From: a virus
Lineage: Duplodnaviria; Caudoviricetes
IMG/VR virus record: IMGVR_UViG_3300026094_000847
Coordinates: 1-63,589 of that record
Direction: 5' to 3' (one strand)
DNA length: 63,589 bases
Part shown: positions 18,878-27,654 of the stretch, piece after piece
How positions within the stretch are numbered: position 1 is the first letter of the stretch
How the letters are laid out: each line of letters starts with the position of its first letter
Position numbers and translations under genes: made by a program
The notes under the pieces: model-generated
Seen by the model: only the letters and a program-made list of their open reading frames with translations
Database searches by the model: none
What the model was told of the DNA's origin: nothing

Positions 18878-19276
18878 ATGACCACACTTCTACAGCACAT
18901 CGAGTCCATCAATGCTCGTGCAGATATCTTGATGCAGCAGGAGCCAGGCACTGTAGTGTTCAAACTCACAGACGACCTCAGCCATTGGCACGACCAGGGC
19001 ATCTACACCGTGGAAGACTTCCGTCGCAACGAGTTGATCAATGGGATTTCGGATGCTTCAAAGGACCTTTACGGTTGCCGCTTGCGCCTCAACTGGGATG
19101 AGATGTCTATTGAGCAGTTGCAGTCTACCTACGACAACATCTGCCGTCAACTCAATGAGCAGTTTGAGGAAGAGCAGGCCACAGCGGCTTGGGAAGCAGA
19201 GTTAGCACGAGGTCTGCCCGCGGACGTTGAGCCTCTGCCCTACGAAGAATACGCTTATCTAGAGGAGTCGATCTAG
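18878..19276 (+). CDS. hypothetical protein
   Basis: Module promoter and RBS; ISDASKDLYG.R motif. Confidence 0.75.
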   Translation: MTTLLQHIESINARADILMQQEPGTVVFKLTDDLSHWHDQGIYTVEDFRRNELINGISDASKDLYGCRLRLNWDEMSIEQLQSTYDNICRQLNEQFEEEQATAAWEAELARGLPADVEPLPYEEYAYLEESI

Positions 19277-19491
19277 TGGGATATGCCGCAATGCCAGCAG
19301 TTACTCCACAGTGGGAACAGGGCTCGCGAGAAAGCGAAGGACTGGAAGGTCCGTTCACATATCCCAATGGCAGAGTTCTGTTCTACGATCGCTGGGAGGG
19401 CGAATACTGGGATCCCTACACCGACCTGTATGTAGATCGCAGCGAGGTCGCACAGCTGCAGGCAGAGATCGTAGACATGATTAGGGGTTGA
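19276..19491 (+). CDS. conserved phage hypothetical protein
   Basis: GLEGPF..NGRVLFYD..EG.YWDP.TD.Y. Confidence 0.7.
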   Translation: MGYAAMPAVTPQWEQGSRESEGLEGPFTYPNGRVLFYDRWEGEYWDPYTDLYVDRSEVAQLQAEIVDMIRG

Positions 19492-19538
19492 CACACAGTG
19501 CGAAAGATCATACACTGTGAGCAAGTTGGAGGCAAATT

Positions 19539-19727
19539 GTGAGATCATATCGTTTTACATTTGATGTACACTGTGTGGGGTCGGGCTCAGCAGATCTTGC
19601 ACAGGTCGAAAGCATGATTGATCTCGCCATGCAAGAGTTGATCTACGATGACACGTTCGTAGCTGCTCTAGACGAGAACGAGGCTGTAACCATCCAGGTA
19701 AATAGGGTTGACACAGCCGATGAATGA
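19539..19727 (+). CDS. hypothetical protein
   Basis: Module promoter, GGAGG RBS. Confidence 0.65.
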   Translation: MRSYRFTFDVHCVGSGSADLAQVESMIDLAMQELIYDDTFVAALDENEAVTIQVNRVDTADE

Positions 19728-19742
19728 CTGTACAATTTTCGT

Positions 19743-19878
19743 GAACTTTGATAGTTGTGACAAATTACAAGTTCCCACCGAATCAGCCGCCCGGCTGATA
19801 GCCATGGAATCCGATTCGCTCCCGGAGCCCATGGCACCCGGAGCACTCCCCCGCCCTCGGGAGTGCTCCACCCTTTTT
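19743..19878 (+). ncRNA. putative structured small RNA ending in an intrinsic terminator
   Basis: Follows promoter 19708 with no RBS; four consecutive stems, the last an 11-bp GGAGCACTCCC/GGGAGTGCTCC followed by CCCTTTTT. Confidence 0.55.
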
Positions 19879-19895
19879 CCAGCAGAGTCGATTCG

Positions 19896-20300
19896 ATGAA
19901 CTACTTGATCGACTTTGCTATTTTTGTTCTAGGTTGTGCGGTAGGCAGTGCTGTTACCACACGCATTGCGGGCCGGGCACTGGGCAACCTACTGAACGAA
20001 TTCAATATCGGCGATCGTGAAATCAAACAGAAAGCACGAGAGTTAGGAGTTGACGTCAGTGAGTTCTATCCAGAAGAAACAGAAGAAGACGCTGTGCGAG
20101 AAGTCACTGTGGAAAAGATCAATGACAACTACCTTGCCTATCATTATGAAACAGACGAGTTTATTGCACAGGCCAGCACACCCCAACAGTTGTTTGAACG
20201 GTTGGTAGAATACTTTCCCGCCAACACTCGAGTCAACATTGACATTGATCGTGGCGGACACTACTTCGAAGATCTAGTAGACAAGGAAGAACCAAAATAA
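19896..20300 (+). CDS. hypothetical protein with N-terminal TM segment
   Basis: MNYLIDFAIFVLGCAVG. Confidence 0.65.
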   Translation: MNYLIDFAIFVLGCAVGSAVTTRIAGRALGNLLNEFNIGDREIKQKARELGVDVSEFYPEETEEDAVREVTVEKINDNYLAYHYETDEFIAQASTPQQLFERLVEYFPANTRVNIDIDRGGHYFEDLVDKEEPK

Positions 20301-20457
20301 CTACTGCACTGATGCCATTGACCGTGTTGCTTGCGTTGAGCATTGTGGTGTTTGCGATCGGTTGCGTCTCTGAGTGGTGTGATCACAGATCAATGGTTGA
20401 CAAGGGACTGGACTGAGCGTACACTGTAGATACACAGTTAGGAAACGGAGCGACACA

Positions 20458-20646
20458 ATGAAAGGCACTATTCGAATTGCACTGGGCTTTGTGATGCTGA
20501 TCTCAGCGGTTGGCGTGATGGAAGACTGCGGCGGTGCTTGCTACGAACCCCTCGGCCTGTTTGAAATTGCACTGGCAGGTGTGCTTGTGATGGGCGGAGC
20601 ATTCTTTGGCCTTTGGGGTGCGACTGCTGCCAATGCGGACGCTTGA
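20458..20646 (+). CDS. small 2-TM membrane protein
   Basis: Module promoter and RBS; two hydrophobic helices. Confidence 0.7.
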   Translation: MKGTIRIALGFVMLISAVGVMEDCGGACYEPLGLFEIALAGVLVMGGAFFGLWGATAANADA

Positions 20647-20703
20647 CACTCTGCCTTAGAGATCATACACTGTAACTACACTGAAGCACAAGAGAGCGAA
20701 ATC

Positions 20704-20970
20704 ATGTACAATCAATACGCAATGTTTACAGAAACAGGCAACATCCTTGTCAGTCGAATCGTGTTGGCCGCATACGACCTTGCGGTTCATCAAGTGGCCA
20801 CTAACCGAGACATCACAGGATTCGTCAGTCGCGAGTTGAGCCGACTGGCCAGCACGGAAGACTATGCAGAAGCAGGAGACACTGCGGTTCGTGAAGCAGT
20901 GTATTCCGCCCTTGCTGAAGCCATTGATGGCTATCAGTTCCACAATAACGACAGTTTGGAGACTGTGTAA
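20704..20970 (+). CDS. hypothetical protein
   Basis: Module promoter; YAMFT..GN...EA.DTAVREAVY. Confidence 0.75.
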   Translation: MYNQYAMFTETGNILVSRIVLAAYDLAVHQVATNRDITGFVSRELSRLASTEDYAEAGDTAVREAVYSALAEAIDGYQFHNNDSLETV

Positions 20971-21117
20971 TGCGTGTAGGTGATCGCGTGTGCCTTAAAG
21001 ATGCACCCAACTTTGACTATGTGGTTGTTGAAGTGCGTTCCAATCGAATCATCGTAGAGGATCCGTTCGGTGATCGCTATGACTTCCCACCTCGCAGCCT
21101 AAGGACGATGGTATAAC

Positions 21118-21318
21118 ATGGAATGGAGCAAACGAGGTCGAATGATCGCAGGTGTATACCTTGGCGTGGGCTATGCGGGCACTGTGACCAAGAGTCGAAT
21201 CGATTCTGAAGGTTGGATCCATCACACCGTAGATCTGTTCGAGCCCATTGTGGTTCAAGGACGCAAACTGTCAAAGATCGAAGTGATTGACGAGCATCAA
21301 CGGTTGAGCCTCGGATAA
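21118..21318 (+). CDS. hypothetical protein
   Basis: Co-directional 66-aa ORF. Confidence 0.55.
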   Translation: MEWSKRGRMIAGVYLGVGYAGTVTKSRIDSEGWIHHTVDLFEPIVVQGRKLSKIEVIDEHQRLSLG

Positions 21319-21326
21319 ATACAGCC

Positions 21327-21674
21327 ATGGACACCGCAACAGTAGAACAATTTAAAAAGTGGGCCAAGAGCGAGATCTTTGGCGTGCTTGATCAGTTCAT
21401 GCGAGGCAGTGGCAAACCTTGGAATCCCATGATTAATGAGATCATGGACACACTGGAGTTTAAAAAGACTCGCTCAGGCAGCATTCGTGCTGTTACCACA
21501 CACCCCGACCGCAACACTCGTTGGTTCGAACTCACAGCCGACGGTGATGTCTACGGTCTAGGACTGTTAGGACCTAGAAAACACCGTGGCAACATCACAG
21601 ACGATCCCGATCGTTTTGTGGTGCGTGAAGACGAAATCGATCAACTCAAAACCCTCTCTGGTCTAAACAAGTAG
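21327..21674 (+). CDS. hypothetical protein with late-type promoter
   Basis: TAAATA at 21316-21321; C-terminus IDQLKTLSGL. Confidence 0.65.
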   Translation: MDTATVEQFKKWAKSEIFGVLDQFMRGSGKPWNPMINEIMDTLEFKKTRSGSIRAVTTHPDRNTRWFELTADGDVYGLGLLGPRKHRGNITDDPDRFVVREDEIDQLKTLSGLNK

Positions 21675-21756
21675 GCGAAAGTGTTTAGGGGGGTTGACAG
21701 GGCCACTCCGAAATCATATACTAGTATCAAGAGTTAGGGCAAAGAGGGCGAACAAC

Positions 21757-21885
21757 ATGACCAATTATCACGTTATCTACGCAACCTATCGTCAGCGGGA
21801 TGCACAACGAGTAGCCGGCCGCTATGAGCGTGCGGAACTCACATACACACCGCACTCGGGTTGGGAAGTTCGAGTCCCGGCCTAA
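21757..21885 (+). CDS. small hypothetical protein
   Basis: Module promoter 21694 plus GAGGG RBS. Confidence 0.55.
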   Translation: MTNYHVIYATYRQRDAQRVAGRYERAELTYTPHSGWEVRVPA

Positions 21886-22069
21886 AGGAGAACTACAATG
21901 GGATTTCTAGAAACACTCACAATCGTATTCATCGTTCTCAAACTCACAGATGTTGTTGTTTGGTCGTGGTGGGCAGTGTTTTCTCCCATGCTGGTGGGTT
22001 ATTTTGTGATCTTCGCAGGTGCAATTGTCATTGCGCTCACACGTATAGTACAGGATCGTAGAGGTTAAC

Positions 22070-22267
22070 ATGAGAACCATTGAAGAGATCGAACAGGCGA
22101 TTCGAGAAGCAGAAGAAGCGCAAGCAGAGACAGAGTTCAGTTCTGTGGGCTGGGACTTCTTGAACGCAGAGATCATCGGCTTGCACGCAGAACTCAAACA
22201 AGCGACTCTGCACCGAGATCGATTACAGTTGAGCGGCATGCTAGGGGTTGACACCCACGGCCGTTGA
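22070..22267 (+). CDS. hypothetical protein
   Basis: GAGG RBS; C-terminus overlaps promoter 22248. Confidence 0.65.
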   Translation: MRTIEEIEQAIREAEEAQAETEFSSVGWDFLNAEIIGLHAELKQATLHRDRLQLSGMLGVDTHGR

Positions 22268-22306
22268 CCATACACAGTATACGAACTTAGGGCAAAGAGA
22301 TACACC

Positions 22307-22507
22307 GTGACAGATTTACTTGACAATTACGAACAGCTTCCCCTCCAAGTACAGGATCTACTTGACAGGTTCGACCAAGAATCAGAATCAGGTGATTCAT
22401 ATGCTGCTGCGGCGCGGCTGTCACAGGCGCTTGCTTGTTTGGGCTACTCTGTAGACTACGGGCCAGATGGTGAACTATGCGATTTGGTTGACACGAACTC
22501 AAACTGA
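22307..22507 (+). CDS. hypothetical protein
   Basis: Module promoter; GY..DYG.DG motif. Confidence 0.65.
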   Translation: MTDLLDNYEQLPLQVQDLLDRFDQESESGDSYAAAARLSQALACLGYSVDYGPDGELCDLVDTNSN

Positions 22508-22548
22508 TCATATACTGTATATAACAGTTAGGCAATTGGAGCGAGCAT

Positions 22549-22851
22549 ATGCCATACTACACCCACACTAAAGATCCAATCGGAATCTTCACAGAGAAAG
22601 ACACCGGCAATTATTTCGAATACAGCCTCAACCCAGACGACACTGTTCTTGCTCCGCCAGCACACGGCGGACGCAACATGGAATACCCACATATCGTTTG
22701 GGTAGGTGGTGAAGGCGTATGCGGTATGAGTGGCTATCGTTATGCCAAGGTTATGAAGAACGTGGTGCACATCATCACAGACGAAGATGACCGTGGTTGG
22801 GCTGTGGTTGAGAAGTGGCACATCAAGAACCACTCGGAGTATGTGGTTTAG
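22549..22851 (+). CDS. hypothetical protein
   Basis: Module promoter and RBS. Confidence 0.75.
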   Translation: MPYYTHTKDPIGIFTEKDTGNYFEYSLNPDDTVLAPPAHGGRNMEYPHIVWVGGEGVCGMSGYRYAKVMKNVVHIITDEDDRGWAVVEKWHIKNHSEYVV

Positions 22852-22910
22852 GGTCGACACCCGTCAAAATGATCATACACTATACATATAGTGAAGTTAA
22901 GGAGCGAACA

Positions 22911-23069
22911 ATGACAGACTACAGAGATTTTGCAATTGAGTTGGTTGAAGAGATGGGCTACTCCGCAGAGGATATGCTCACAGCCTGCTTGAAGTATATG
23001 AGCATGGACGATGTTGAAGACATGTTACACTGTAACGAATATCCAACACCTTGCGAGGAGGATGCATAA
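22911..23069 (+). CDS. hypothetical protein
   Basis: Module promoter and RBS; ACLKYMS.DDV.DML..NE. Confidence 0.7.
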   Translation: MTDYRDFAIELVEEMGYSAEDMLTACLKYMSMDDVEDMLHCNEYPTPCEEDA

Positions 23070-23229
23070 TGTTCAATCAATACTTTGTTTATTATGATGG
23101 CCGGTTCGCTGGCACTGTGATGGCTCTGAATGAGCGTAGTGCAAAGGACAAAGGTCGTCAGATGGTTGGTGTGAGTGCTTCAGCTTACACTGGAAAGTCA
23201 AGTCATTTAGTAGAGGTTGTAAGACGATA

Positions 23230-23790
23230 ATGCCAAACTGGTGCTATAACAATGTGGACATCACAGCCACAACAGAAGAAGGTAAGGCTCTGTTAGAACG
23301 AGTGAGCCGAGCAGAAGCCGCAGATGGTTTCTTTGGTATGTTCCTTCCACTGCCAGAGATCTTGCGAGACACTGTATCTCCCACGCCAGACAACCTCGAC
23401 AGTGTGCAGCGACAAGTTATGATCGCACAGACTGGACATACCAATTGGTATGACTGGCAGGTTGCCAACTGGGGCACTAAATGGGACATTGATCCCGTCA
23501 GTGAAGACTTTGACGGCGTGACTCTGAGCTTAAGCTTTGACTCAGCCTGGGCACCTCCCGTCCAGTTCTATGAGTATCTCAGAGAGCAGGGCTTTGAGGT
23601 CAGCGCGAACTACTATGAACCTGGCATGGCCTATGCAGGCGAGTGGGTCAACGGTGAAGACTTCATGATCGATGACGTGTATGCTCTCGCTCGTTTAGAA
23701 ACCAGTGAACTCAGCGAGCAGGAGTATAACATCCTCGACCAGTTCGGTGTGTACGACGATCTCGCAATGATGGAAGACAGCGTTGGTTGA
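23230..23790 (+). CDS. DUF1281/YubB ferredoxin-like fold protein
   Basis: MPNWC.N, NWYDW...NWGTKWD, FDSAWAPP, YYEPGM. Confidence 0.8.
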   Translation: MPNWCYNNVDITATTEEGKALLERVSRAEAADGFFGMFLPLPEILRDTVSPTPDNLDSVQRQVMIAQTGHTNWYDWQVANWGTKWDIDPVSEDFDGVTLSLSFDSAWAPPVQFYEYLREQGFEVSANYYEPGMAYAGEWVNGEDFMIDDVYALARLETSELSEQEYNILDQFGVYDDLAMMEDSVG

Positions 23791-23848
23791 CATGCTGTCT
23801 CAAAGATCATATACTGTAGACACACTGTTAGGAAAAGAGGGCAAGACT

Positions 23849-24235
23849 ATGTTTGACACTTTCCACGAAGTAGCAAGTTGGCGTGACGACTTCTACCATG
23901 TCGTAGTAGACTGGTGGTATGAGGACGTGCCCATCCGCGACATGTTCGACGACACTGTTTCGGATGTTGAGGAAATGGAGCGACGCTGCGACGCGGGCAT
24001 TGACACTCACTTCATCACTCGAGTTCGCGTGTTCTATCGGGGACACCTCATGGCAGACGAGAACTTGGGATCCTGCTATGCCGCAGACTGTTCGCCTGAA
24101 GAGGAGATCCTTGAGAACCGTTTGGGCGGATACTTGGACGACATGCTGGAGCAGACTCGTGAGGCGGCAGATCGCGAACTCGTGCGCCTCAACCGCGAGA
24201 TTGCTCGTGACGCTGCTCTGGTTGACACGGTGTAG
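23849..24235 (+). CDS. hypothetical protein
   Basis: Module promoter 23787; start MFDTF. Confidence 0.7.
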   Translation: MFDTFHEVASWRDDFYHVVVDWWYEDVPIRDMFDDTVSDVEEMERRCDAGIDTHFITRVRVFYRGHLMADENLGSCYAADCSPEEEILENRLGGYLDDMLEQTREAADRELVRLNREIARDAALVDTV

Positions 24236-24282
24236 TTGAGATCATATACTGTAGACACTTAGGGCAAACCAGGAGCGACACA

Positions 24283-24507
24283 ATGAGCATGAACTATCCT
24301 AACATGAGCTATTGCGCTGTTGAGAACACTGCGGCCGCAATGGATCAGATTCTTGCGCTGATCGACGAAGCAGGCGGCATTGGCGAGTGGATCGCAAACC
24401 TAGACGATCACGAGCGCGGCAAGGTAAAGTCTCTGCTGTTGGCCTGCTCTGAGATTGCAGAAGCGGAAGAAGACATTCGCTACGAACTTGACAGCACTGT
24501 GGCTTGA
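24283..24507 (+). CDS. hypothetical protein
   Basis: Module promoter and RBS; NMSYC..ENT. Confidence 0.7.
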   Translation: MSMNYPNMSYCAVENTAAAMDQILALIDEAGGIGEWIANLDDHERGKVKSLLLACSEIAEAEEDIRYELDSTVA

Positions 24508-24548
24508 TCATATACTGTACATGAACACTAAGGCAAGAGGGCAACGCA

Positions 24549-24842
24549 ATGGACGCACGTTTTGTAGACACGAAGAAACTGGCTCGTGAGATCGAAGAGA
24601 AGATCCTACGCCGGTTCGAGTCAGACTGGGCGCGGGCTTGTGAAGACGGCAGTCACGCCGCTGGCTTGAAGGCACTGTATATCTCCGACGCTGGCGACAT
24701 GCTGGAGGTCTGCCGCTATATCAGTCAGGGCCACACTCGTGCAGCACGGGCTGCACTGCTGTCAATGGACACTGCTCCCCGTGAGGACATGTTTGGTCTT
24801 ATCGAAGAGACTGCGGGCTCGGACTTCGTAGACAGTTGGTAA
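24549..24842 (+). CDS. hypothetical protein, paralog of 25704-26000
   Basis: TK.LA.E.EEKI.R.F, ISDAG.M.E.CR.I, MDT.PRE.M. Confidence 0.75.
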   Translation: MDARFVDTKKLAREIEEKILRRFESDWARACEDGSHAAGLKALYISDAGDMLEVCRYISQGHTRAARAALLSMDTAPREDMFGLIEETAGSDFVDSW

Positions 24843-24907
24843 GGGGTTGACAAGACCCCTAGAACATCATATACTGTAGACACTTAGGGCAAACCAGGAG
24901 CGACAAG

Positions 24908-25315
24908 ATGGCAACTCGCGCAACGATTGGACAGGTCACTGACGAAGGCTACATCCGTTACATCTACTCACACTGGGACGGCGGACTCAAAGGCGTAGGC
25001 GCTGTTCTCCTAGAGAACTACAACACTGACGATCAGATTGCCGAACTCATCGAGCAGGGTGATGCCAGCCAAATGGCACCCACTATTGAGGACTCAGTGT
25101 TCTATCACAGAGATCATGGCGAACTGCTCAACACAGTGTGCGCCGTTGAGACCAGCACTGTGAAGGACTTGAAGAACGACTATAACTATGTGTGGACAGG
25201 GTCAGAGTGGATCGTAGGCTATGAAGGCAGTTGGTATCGACTGTCATATCTGCTCAACGCTCGCATTCCAGGAATCCAAGCGGACGACTATGTGTTTGGC
25301 AGGCTAACTGCTTGA
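24908..25315 (+). CDS. conserved phage hypothetical protein
   Basis: MATRATIG...YIYSHWDG...VG..L..NY...LI..GD.S. Confidence 0.8.
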   Translation: MATRATIGQVTDEGYIRYIYSHWDGGLKGVGAVLLENYNTDDQIAELIEQGDASQMAPTIEDSVFYHRDHGELLNTVCAVETSTVKDLKNDYNYVWTGSEWIVGYEGSWYRLSYLLNARIPGIQADDYVFGRLTA

Positions 25316-25371
25316 CAGGAACCCGCCAAGGTCATATACTGTATAAACACTGAACGAACAGGAGCGACACA

Positions 25372-25644
25372 ATGAATTCAGTACAGACAGCAGTCTCAGC
25401 TATCAACTCAATGAACACGAAGGAACTAGAGCAGGTTGTTGAAGCGATCAAACTGCGCCGCACCTACCTGTCGCGCGAAACTACTCGCGCACTGGCAACA
25501 GGAGACTCTGTTGAGTTTGAAGCACGTGGTCGCACCGTGACGGGCACGGTAATCAAAATCAATCGCAAGACTGTGATTGTCAGCGAGTCGGGCTACGGCA
25601 ACTGGAAGGTTCCTGCGAGCATGCTTCGCACGGAAACTGCTTGA
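25372..25644 (+). CDS. SH3/KOW-like small protein
   Basis: GDSVEF..RG....GTV.KINRKTV.V...WKVPASML. Confidence 0.75.
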   Translation: MNSVQTAVSAINSMNTKELEQVVEAIKLRRTYLSRETTRALATGDSVEFEARGRTVTGTVIKINRKTVIVSESGYGNWKVPASMLRTETA

Positions 25645-25703
25645 CACACTCTTTCAAAGATCATACACTGTACACAGTTAGGGCAAAAACAGAGAGCGAC
25701 ACA

Positions 25704-26000
25704 ATGAACTCACGTTACATTAATACCAAAGCACTTGCCAAAGAACTTGAAGAGAAGATCGTGCGCGAGTTTCGCACGGACTTCGCAGAAGAGCGCATGG
25801 GCGACGACGACATTGGCTACACTGCGATGTTGATCTCCGACGCGGGCCGCATGATTGAGATCTGCCGCTGGATTGGTTGGGGCGAGTTTGATCGTGCACG
25901 TGAACTGCTGCGTGACATGGACACACTGCCGCGCGAGAACATGATGTACTACATCGAATCTGTCGCAGGCAGCAGCATGCTGGACACGATCTTTGCATAG
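25704..26000 (+). CDS. hypothetical protein, paralog of 24549-24842
   Basis: Same motifs as its paralog; module promoter 25641. Confidence 0.75.
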   Translation: MNSRYINTKALAKELEEKIVREFRTDFAEERMGDDDIGYTAMLISDAGRMIEICRWIGWGEFDRARELLRDMDTLPRENMMYYIESVAGSSMLDTIFA

Positions 26001-26169
26001 GAGTCACTCATGACAGGCACACTGGAAGAACGTTATGAGATCTACTGTGAGCAGGCTAGAAGTTTGGGCTGGCGTGTAAAGACATTTGACGAGTGGTTAA
26101 ACTTATAGTTGACACATCCAACAGTAGATCGTATACTGTAGACACTTAGGGCAAACCAGGAGCGATAGA

Positions 26170-26538
26170 ATGGCATATGTAAGTCAAGAATTCAAACGTG
26201 AAGTTGCACCCCAGATCCGTGCAGTGCTAAAGAAGTATGGCATGCGTGGCACAGTATCAGTGCGCAATCACTCCACACTGGCAGTGACGCTGACTGAAGG
26301 AGCAATTGACTTCCCCCGGCCTTACATGCAGGTCAACCACTACTGGATCGACGAGCACTATGAGGGCACCGCACGTGACTTCCTCACTGAGCTGTTAGCG
26401 GCAATGCGTGGACCCAACTACTATGATCACAGTGACATCCAGACTGACTACTTCTGTGTCAGCCACTACACTGACATTGACGTAGGGCGGTACAACCGGC
26501 CGTACCGTTGCACAGCACGAGAGGCACTTGCACAGTGA
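26170..26538 (+). CDS. conserved phage hypothetical protein
   Basis: MAYVSQE.K, VRNHSTL, YDHSDIQTDYF. Confidence 0.8.
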   Translation: MAYVSQEFKREVAPQIRAVLKKYGMRGTVSVRNHSTLAVTLTEGAIDFPRPYMQVNHYWIDEHYEGTARDFLTELLAAMRGPNYYDHSDIQTDYFCVSHYTDIDVGRYNRPYRCTAREALAQ

Positions 26539-26747
26539 GCATTACCATACACGATCCTGAACAGGTACAGCCTGTTACTCACTATCTACAGGTCATAGAA
26601 GATCTCAAGCGCACGGGCGCGGAGCATGCTGAACTGCGTCCCGGTGGTGACAATGTAGTATGGGTCAGCCGAGGTTCCAGCACGTGTCCCATCAACATCT
26701 ACTACATATTCCGCAACGGACAGATCAGTAGCGTACAGGTTGACTAG
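26535..26747 (+). CDS. hypothetical protein
   Basis: GTGA overlap with the previous gene; ends in promoter 26740. Confidence 0.55.
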   Translation: MSITIHDPEQVQPVTHYLQVIEDLKRTGAEHAELRPGGDNVVWVSRGSSTCPINIYYIFRNGQISSVQVD

Positions 26748-26800
26748 CGCACCTCAAGACCATATACTTTATAAAAGTTAGGGCAAAGAGGGCAAACACC

Positions 26801-27328
26801 ATGACTGCATTGGATATCAACACATACACACCAGACGGTTTTGAACGTGTGTGCACGGTAACACAAGAAACAGCACACAACAACAGTTGGTTCTACACAG
26901 ACATCGACCAAGACCTTATGTTTCGAGATCACCGCAGCTGGATCTACTTTATTGTGGTTAACGGTGAAATTTGGAAGGTAGGCGAAACAGGCAATCCACT
27001 TGGCATTCGATACAAGCGCGGAACCAGCAGTCAACCAAAGCCAGGCACGGAAGGCAGACTGGGTCGTTACAGAACTGGTGACTACGGCGGCGCAGACAGA
27101 TACGACACTGACTGGACAATTCGCGAGCGCCTGCACACGGAACTCACAGAAGGTGCACGGGTTGAGTTTTGGGCCAAGGCTTGTCCGATAGCAGAAACCC
27201 AAATAACCGTTGCAGGCAACACTGAGCAGGTAGGTAGTGCAATACACAAAGAACTTGAAATGGCGTATCTGGATTACATATTTGAGCAGACAGGCACCCT
27301 ACCGCGTCTCAATAAACTGCGCAAATAA
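26801..27328 (+). CDS. GIY-YIG-like nuclease-fold protein
   Basis: WIYFIVVNGEIWKVGET...R...ELE..YL.......P.LN. Confidence 0.5.
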   Translation: MTALDINTYTPDGFERVCTVTQETAHNNSWFYTDIDQDLMFRDHRSWIYFIVVNGEIWKVGETGNPLGIRYKRGTSSQPKPGTEGRLGRYRTGDYGGADRYDTDWTIRERLHTELTEGARVEFWAKACPIAETQITVAGNTEQVGSAIHKELEMAYLDYIFEQTGTLPRLNKLRK

Positions 27329-27390
27329 AGGTTGACAAACCACAGCCAAGATCGTACACTGTAAACAGTTAGACAACAGGAGCGAACAAC

Positions 27391-27654
27391 ATGAAACACT
27401 CAAACACAGCACAGGTAGGTGATGTGATCCGCGCACTGGACTTTCAGGGTCAGCCCTACTATATCCAAGGACGTGTCCTGAAAAAAGGTGCAGTACACAC
27501 ACGCTCAGGTGTTTACCTCTACGATGGATATCACATCAGTATCGAACAGGACACACTGGGTGAGGGATCACGCGTGGGCGACATAGGTTATGTGCCATTC
27601 GAAACAGCGTTAGACTATGAAGATCGTGTACAGCGTGTGGAGAGCACAGCATGA
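27391..27654 (+). CDS. hypothetical protein
   Basis: Module promoter and RBS; AQVGDVIRALDF. Confidence 0.75.
   Translation: MKHSNTAQVGDVIRALDFQGQPYYIQGRVLKKGAVHTRSGVYLYDGYHISIEQDTLGEGSRVGDIGYVPFETALDYEDRVQRVESTA

Larger units (their letters stand above)
14724..27390 (+). promoter_or_regulatory. array of ~26 repeated early promoter + leader + RBS modules
   Basis: TTGACA(-like) at 14724, 14987, 15389, 15662, 16726, 17334, 18087, 18327, 18819, 19488, 19708, 20397, 20643, 21694, 22248, 22488, 22854, 23787, 24222, 24488, 24847, 25312, 25641, 26109, 26740, 27332. Consensus GGTTGACA-N12-GATCA-TAYACT-GTA...TTAGGGCAAA..GGAGCGA-N3-5-ATG. Confidence 0.92.

Noticed and set aside
19643-19899. Short Pro/Ser-rich ORFs over the structured element
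   Set aside because: No RBS; they begin within the promoter; better explained by GC-rich hairpins
14724-27390. Repeat array as CRISPR
   Set aside because: Repeats are degenerate promoter/RBS modules separated by 200-1000-nt gene-containing segments; no cas genes
14724-27390. Classical integron with attC sites
   Set aside because: No tyrosine recombinase in the window and the repeats lack attC palindromic structure
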